Source: a virus
Virus record (IMG/VR): IMGVR_UViG_3300045051_000172
Span: 55,479-119,478 of that record
Length of the DNA stretch: 64,000 nt
Direction: 5' to 3' (one strand)
Part shown: positions 61,804-64,000 of the stretch, piece by piece
Numbering within the stretch: position 1 is the first letter of the stretch
Layout: the number at the start of each line of letters is the position of its first letter
Notes under the pieces: generated by a model
What the model saw: only the letters and a program-made list of their open reading frames with translations
The model's database searches: none
Told to the model about the DNA's origin: nothing
Translations under genes and position numbers: made by a program

Positions 61804-61814
61804 GCCCTTAGTTA

Positions 61815-61830
61815 TGCAAAGCTCGTGCCA
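61815..61830 (-). promoter_or_regulatory. Sigma-54 (RpoN) -24/-12 promoter
   Basis: TGGCAC-GAGCT-TTGCA matches the TGGCACR-N4-TTGCW consensus. Confidence 0.75.
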
Positions 61831-61857
61831 AGCGCCCAGTCACATGAGGTTACACCC

Positions 61858-61877
61858 TAACTAATCGAATTCATTGA
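61858..61877. promoter_or_regulatory. IHF-like site
   Basis: TAACTAATCGAATTCATTGA; 16/20 identical to 38174-38193; two mismatches to YAANNNNTTGATW. Confidence 0.45.
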
Positions 61878-61911
61878 GAACTTAAGTTTTGCCTAAATTT
61901 TCGTCACATGA

Positions 61912-62046
61912 ATTGTGACAAAAAATGTCCCAATATTTCGTTATTAGTTCGAATCCGAATGCAGTTTAGTGCGCATTCGTGAGTGATTCTCATTGATTAG
62001 GAATTGGGACAATTTGCGCGCTATTTGGGACAAAAAATGTCCCAAT
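61912..62046. promoter_or_regulatory. Palindromic operator/enhancer-like sites
   Basis: ATTGTGACA-AAAAA-TGTCCCAAT (61912-61934), TTGGGACA-AAAAA-TGTCCCAA (62025-62045), half-site at 62002. Confidence 0.7.
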
Positions 62047-62054
62047 TCAGGCCA

Positions 62055-62087
62055 AATAAAAAGCCCCGGCTGGGAGTTCGCCGGGGC
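62055..62087 (-). terminator. Intrinsic terminator (minus strand)
   Basis: GCCCCGGC-loop-GCCGGGGC followed by TTTTTATTT on the minus strand. Confidence 0.85.
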
Positions 62088-62119
62088 AGTATGGGGTATT
62101 AGGGAGACAACTTTAAAAT

Positions 62120-62431
62120 CTATTTAGCGCGCATTAGGCGGGCCTTGGCTTCATTCAAGGCGCTTCCTGGGGCCGTAACTGATCCCTGCTCATATAAGCT
62201 CAATGCATAGGCTAAATTTCCAAACTTGACGCCTTGCTTCATTCCATCGTCAACGGTTTCCTTAGCGGCGCTTCCGAGCACTTCGACTGTGTCTAACAGG
62301 GCCAAAATCTCATTGACCACAACTTCGGCTTTCTCAAAATTCTTTCCAGTAAAGAGCATGGTGCTCTGATTCACTTCTTTCAAGTTCTTTCTCGCGGCTT
62401 CTAGTTTGCTTCTGATCTCTTGTGCTTTCAT
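62120..62431 (-). CDS. Hypothetical protein
   Basis: 103 aa; GGAG SD and TTGACT-16-TAAACT promoter-like element upstream. Confidence 0.65.
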   Translation of the reverse strand: MKAQEIRSKLEAARKNLKEVNQSTMLFTGKNFEKAEVVVNEILALLDTVEVLGSAAKETVDDGMKQGVKFGNLAYALSLYEQGSVTAPGSALNEAKARLMRAK

Positions 62432-62495
62432 GTTGATCTCTCCCATGACTTCAGTTTACGCCTCTCGCGTCTGGAGTCAAGCCTAGGAAAATCAG

Positions 62496-62702
62496 CTAGT
62501 TAGCCTCGTTTTTGCCGCCCCTAATGATTCTCAATCGGGCCGGGCTATCCTTTGCGATGCCATGGTCGTCTAGCTTGCGCTCTAAATGAGCTTGGGCCGT
62601 TAGGGCCTTGTGCAGCAGATCTTTAAAGATCCGATCCGCAGTCTTAAGGTCGTTTGAGGCAGTTGCATTGTGGAGTGCTTTGATCTTATCTTGTGTGTCC
62701 AT
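62496..62702 (-). CDS. Hypothetical protein
   Basis: 68 aa ORF. Confidence 0.6.
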   Translation of the reverse strand: MDTQDKIKALHNATASNDLKTADRIFKDLLHKALTAQAHLERKLDDHGIAKDSPARLRIIRGGKNEAN

Positions 62703-62717
62703 GGCTTGATTCTCCTC

Positions 62718-62906
62718 TCATTTTAAAGCCCTGGCTAGTACCCGGCTAATTGCTTGACATTCTTCAGGATTTTCACAATTCTTTTGCATTCTCTCTAATT
62801 CCTGAACATATTCAGATTTAGGGGCCGCGCTCGGTTGAAAGCCAAGGTGCAAAAGTGTAATGATTCCAAGGCCAAAGGCTAAACCTATGATTTTATTGAT
62901 ATTCAT
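62718..62906 (-). CDS. Small membrane-anchored protein
   Basis: N-terminal hydrophobic segment. Confidence 0.6.
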   Translation of the reverse strand: MNINKIIGLAFGLGIITLLHLGFQPSAAPKSEYVQELERMQKNCENPEECQAISRVLARALK

Positions 62907-63442
62907 GACGCATATCCTCTCAAGTTGGATGCCTCTTTAGGCAGTTTCAGAGTGTTGGCCTTATAATCTCCGCGAGTCACCACATAGCCGTTAGCCTCAT
63001 TCTGATAAATGTAGTCTGGCTTCTGATCGGTCCAATCGCTCTCGGTGAAAATCTCGAATCCCTCTCGAATAGTGAAAGGGCCTGACTTCACGTTGGCACT
63101 GAATCCGAAGCGGGTCAATATGGCATTTAGGGCATCATTGAATTCGACGCGCTGATCCCATGAGGGCAGGTTAGTGCGTCTTAAGTGTCCGGGGCGGCAT
63201 TGGGTGTTATATCCGAGCTTGTCGGTATCGATGCGAAATTGTGACTTGTTCCAATCGACCTTTAAAGCGGTCGAATTGACGATGTTGGCCTCGCACTTGA
63301 AGCCTAAAGATCGCATGTGATTCTCAATTTCGTCACATACCAGCTCTAATTCAATGGCCAAAGGCTTTCGAAGTTCCCCGTGAGATTTGATTTTAGAGCC
63401 CAAAATGTGTTTATTTACAACTCGAATTTTCGTGATTTTCAT
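62903..63442 (-). CDS. Hypothetical protein
   Basis: 179 aa ORF with AAGGA SD. Confidence 0.7.
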   Translation of the reverse strand: MKITKIRVVNKHILGSKIKSHGELRKPLAIELELVCDEIENHMRSLGFKCEANIVNSTALKVDWNKSQFRIDTDKLGYNTQCRPGHLRRTNLPSWDQRVEFNDALNAILTRFGFSANVKSGPFTIREGFEIFTESDWTDQKPDYIYQNEANGYVVTRGDYKANTLKLPKEASNLRGYAS

Positions 63443-63445
63443 GGC

Positions 63446-63661
63446 TTATTTTCCTTTCGCTGTATACACGTTTTTGATATCCCAAACCTGGGGCTTTCGT
63501 TCGAAGTCACATTTTCTCTTGATCTCTCCGCGTTCCAGTACTTCCACAATGGGAATGATGGTTAGGGCATCTGCTCGCACGTCGAAGACTTCCCAAAGGC
63601 CCTTTTGATAACGGAGAGTTTCACCCTCTTTGAACTCTTTATTGAAGTTGGTTACTTTCAT
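63446..63661 (-). CDS. Hypothetical protein
   Basis: 71 aa; AGGAG SD before the ATG at 63661. Confidence 0.6.
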   Translation of the reverse strand: MKVTNFNKEFKEGETLRYQKGLWEVFDVRADALTIIPIVEVLERGEIKRKCDFERKPQVWDIKNVYTAKGK

Positions 63662-63662
63662 T

Positions 63663-63863
63663 TTATTTTCTCCTAATGATTTCAAACTCTTGCAGTTGCT
63701 CTTCTAGCGCAGCATCGTCTAAATCCTCGAATTCATTCAATAAAGCTTCGTGCGCATCCTCAAAGGTCTTGAATTCGCCGTAATAGCCGGTCTTGTCATT
63801 CCCGGCCCAATCGACGATGTACCAGATTTCATGCTTCACTTGATATGCGTTGTAAAGCTTCAT
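63663..63863 (-). CDS. Hypothetical protein
   Basis: 66 aa ORF, coupled. Confidence 0.6.
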   Translation of the reverse strand: MKLYNAYQVKHEIWYIVDWAGNDKTGYYGEFKTFEDAHEALLNEFEDLDDAALEEQLQEFEIIRRK

Positions 63864-64000
63864 TAGAACGCCCTCGAAAGGATGATATTTTGACCGTTAA
63901 AGATTAGTTGAAAGCCTCGGCTGATGTAGTATCGGATCGTTTCTTTACTCATGGCTTTGAATCCGACTCTCTGACCTGTTACTCTAATTTCGACTTGTCT
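63863..64000 (-). CDS. 3' end of a gene entering from the right edge
   Basis: Open frame ...RQVEIRVTGQRVGFKAMSKETIRYYISRGFQLIFNGQNIILSRAF-stop, overlapping the next ATG. Confidence 0.5.
   Translation of the reverse strand, partial: RQVEIRVTGQRVGFKAMSKETIRYYISRGFQLIFNGQNIILSRAF

Noticed and set aside
61947-61956. GTTCGAATCC T-loop-like motif suggesting a tRNA
   Set aside because: Flanks do not form a T stem or acceptor stem.
1-64000. CRISPR array, retron or diversity-generating retroelement
   Set aside because: No regularly spaced repeat-spacer units, no reverse transcriptase motifs and no template/variable repeat pair seen.
1-64000. Stop-codon reassignment
   Set aside because: Conserved genes are full length in code 11, and TAG/TGA stops fall at natural boundaries (e.g. 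2188, 7984, ATGA overlaps).

Overview
This 64 kb window is one continuous stretch of a large tailed dsDNA phage genome in standard genetic code. The left part is a replication/recombination module: GroEL, dUTPase, primase-helicase, family A DNA polymerase, dNMP kinase, RecA, SbcD/SbcC-like nuclease and RuvC-like resolvase. The middle is a packaging/head module resembling SPO1/K-like (Herelleviridae-type) proteins: lytic transglycosylase, TerL, portal, gpF-like protein, prohead protease, scaffold, major capsid, neck-like and internal head proteins. It is interrupted by a proteostasis cluster (trigger-factor/FKBP-like, GroES, two ClpP-like) and by an accessory island (HAD, phosphoesterase, PilZ, PcfJ, Rrf2, DUF1643). 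The right end holds minus-strand accessory genes. No tail sheath, tape measure, integrase, CRISPR array or reverse transcriptase is visible. The most unusual signals are non-coding. (1) A promoter-driven, highly structured ~350 nt RNA (241-600) whose ends can assemble a circularly permuted tRNA-like core. (2) A second tRNA-like element (2190-2263, minus strand) with an 11-nt anticodon-position loop and the same atypical D-loop/T-loop signature. (3) A consensus sigma-54 promoter with an IHF-like site and palindromic upstream sites, insulated by a terminator (61815-62087). All family calls come from motif recognition by eye and all RNA structures were paired by hand; no searches were run. A Bdellovibrionota/deltaproteobacterial-type host is an inference.
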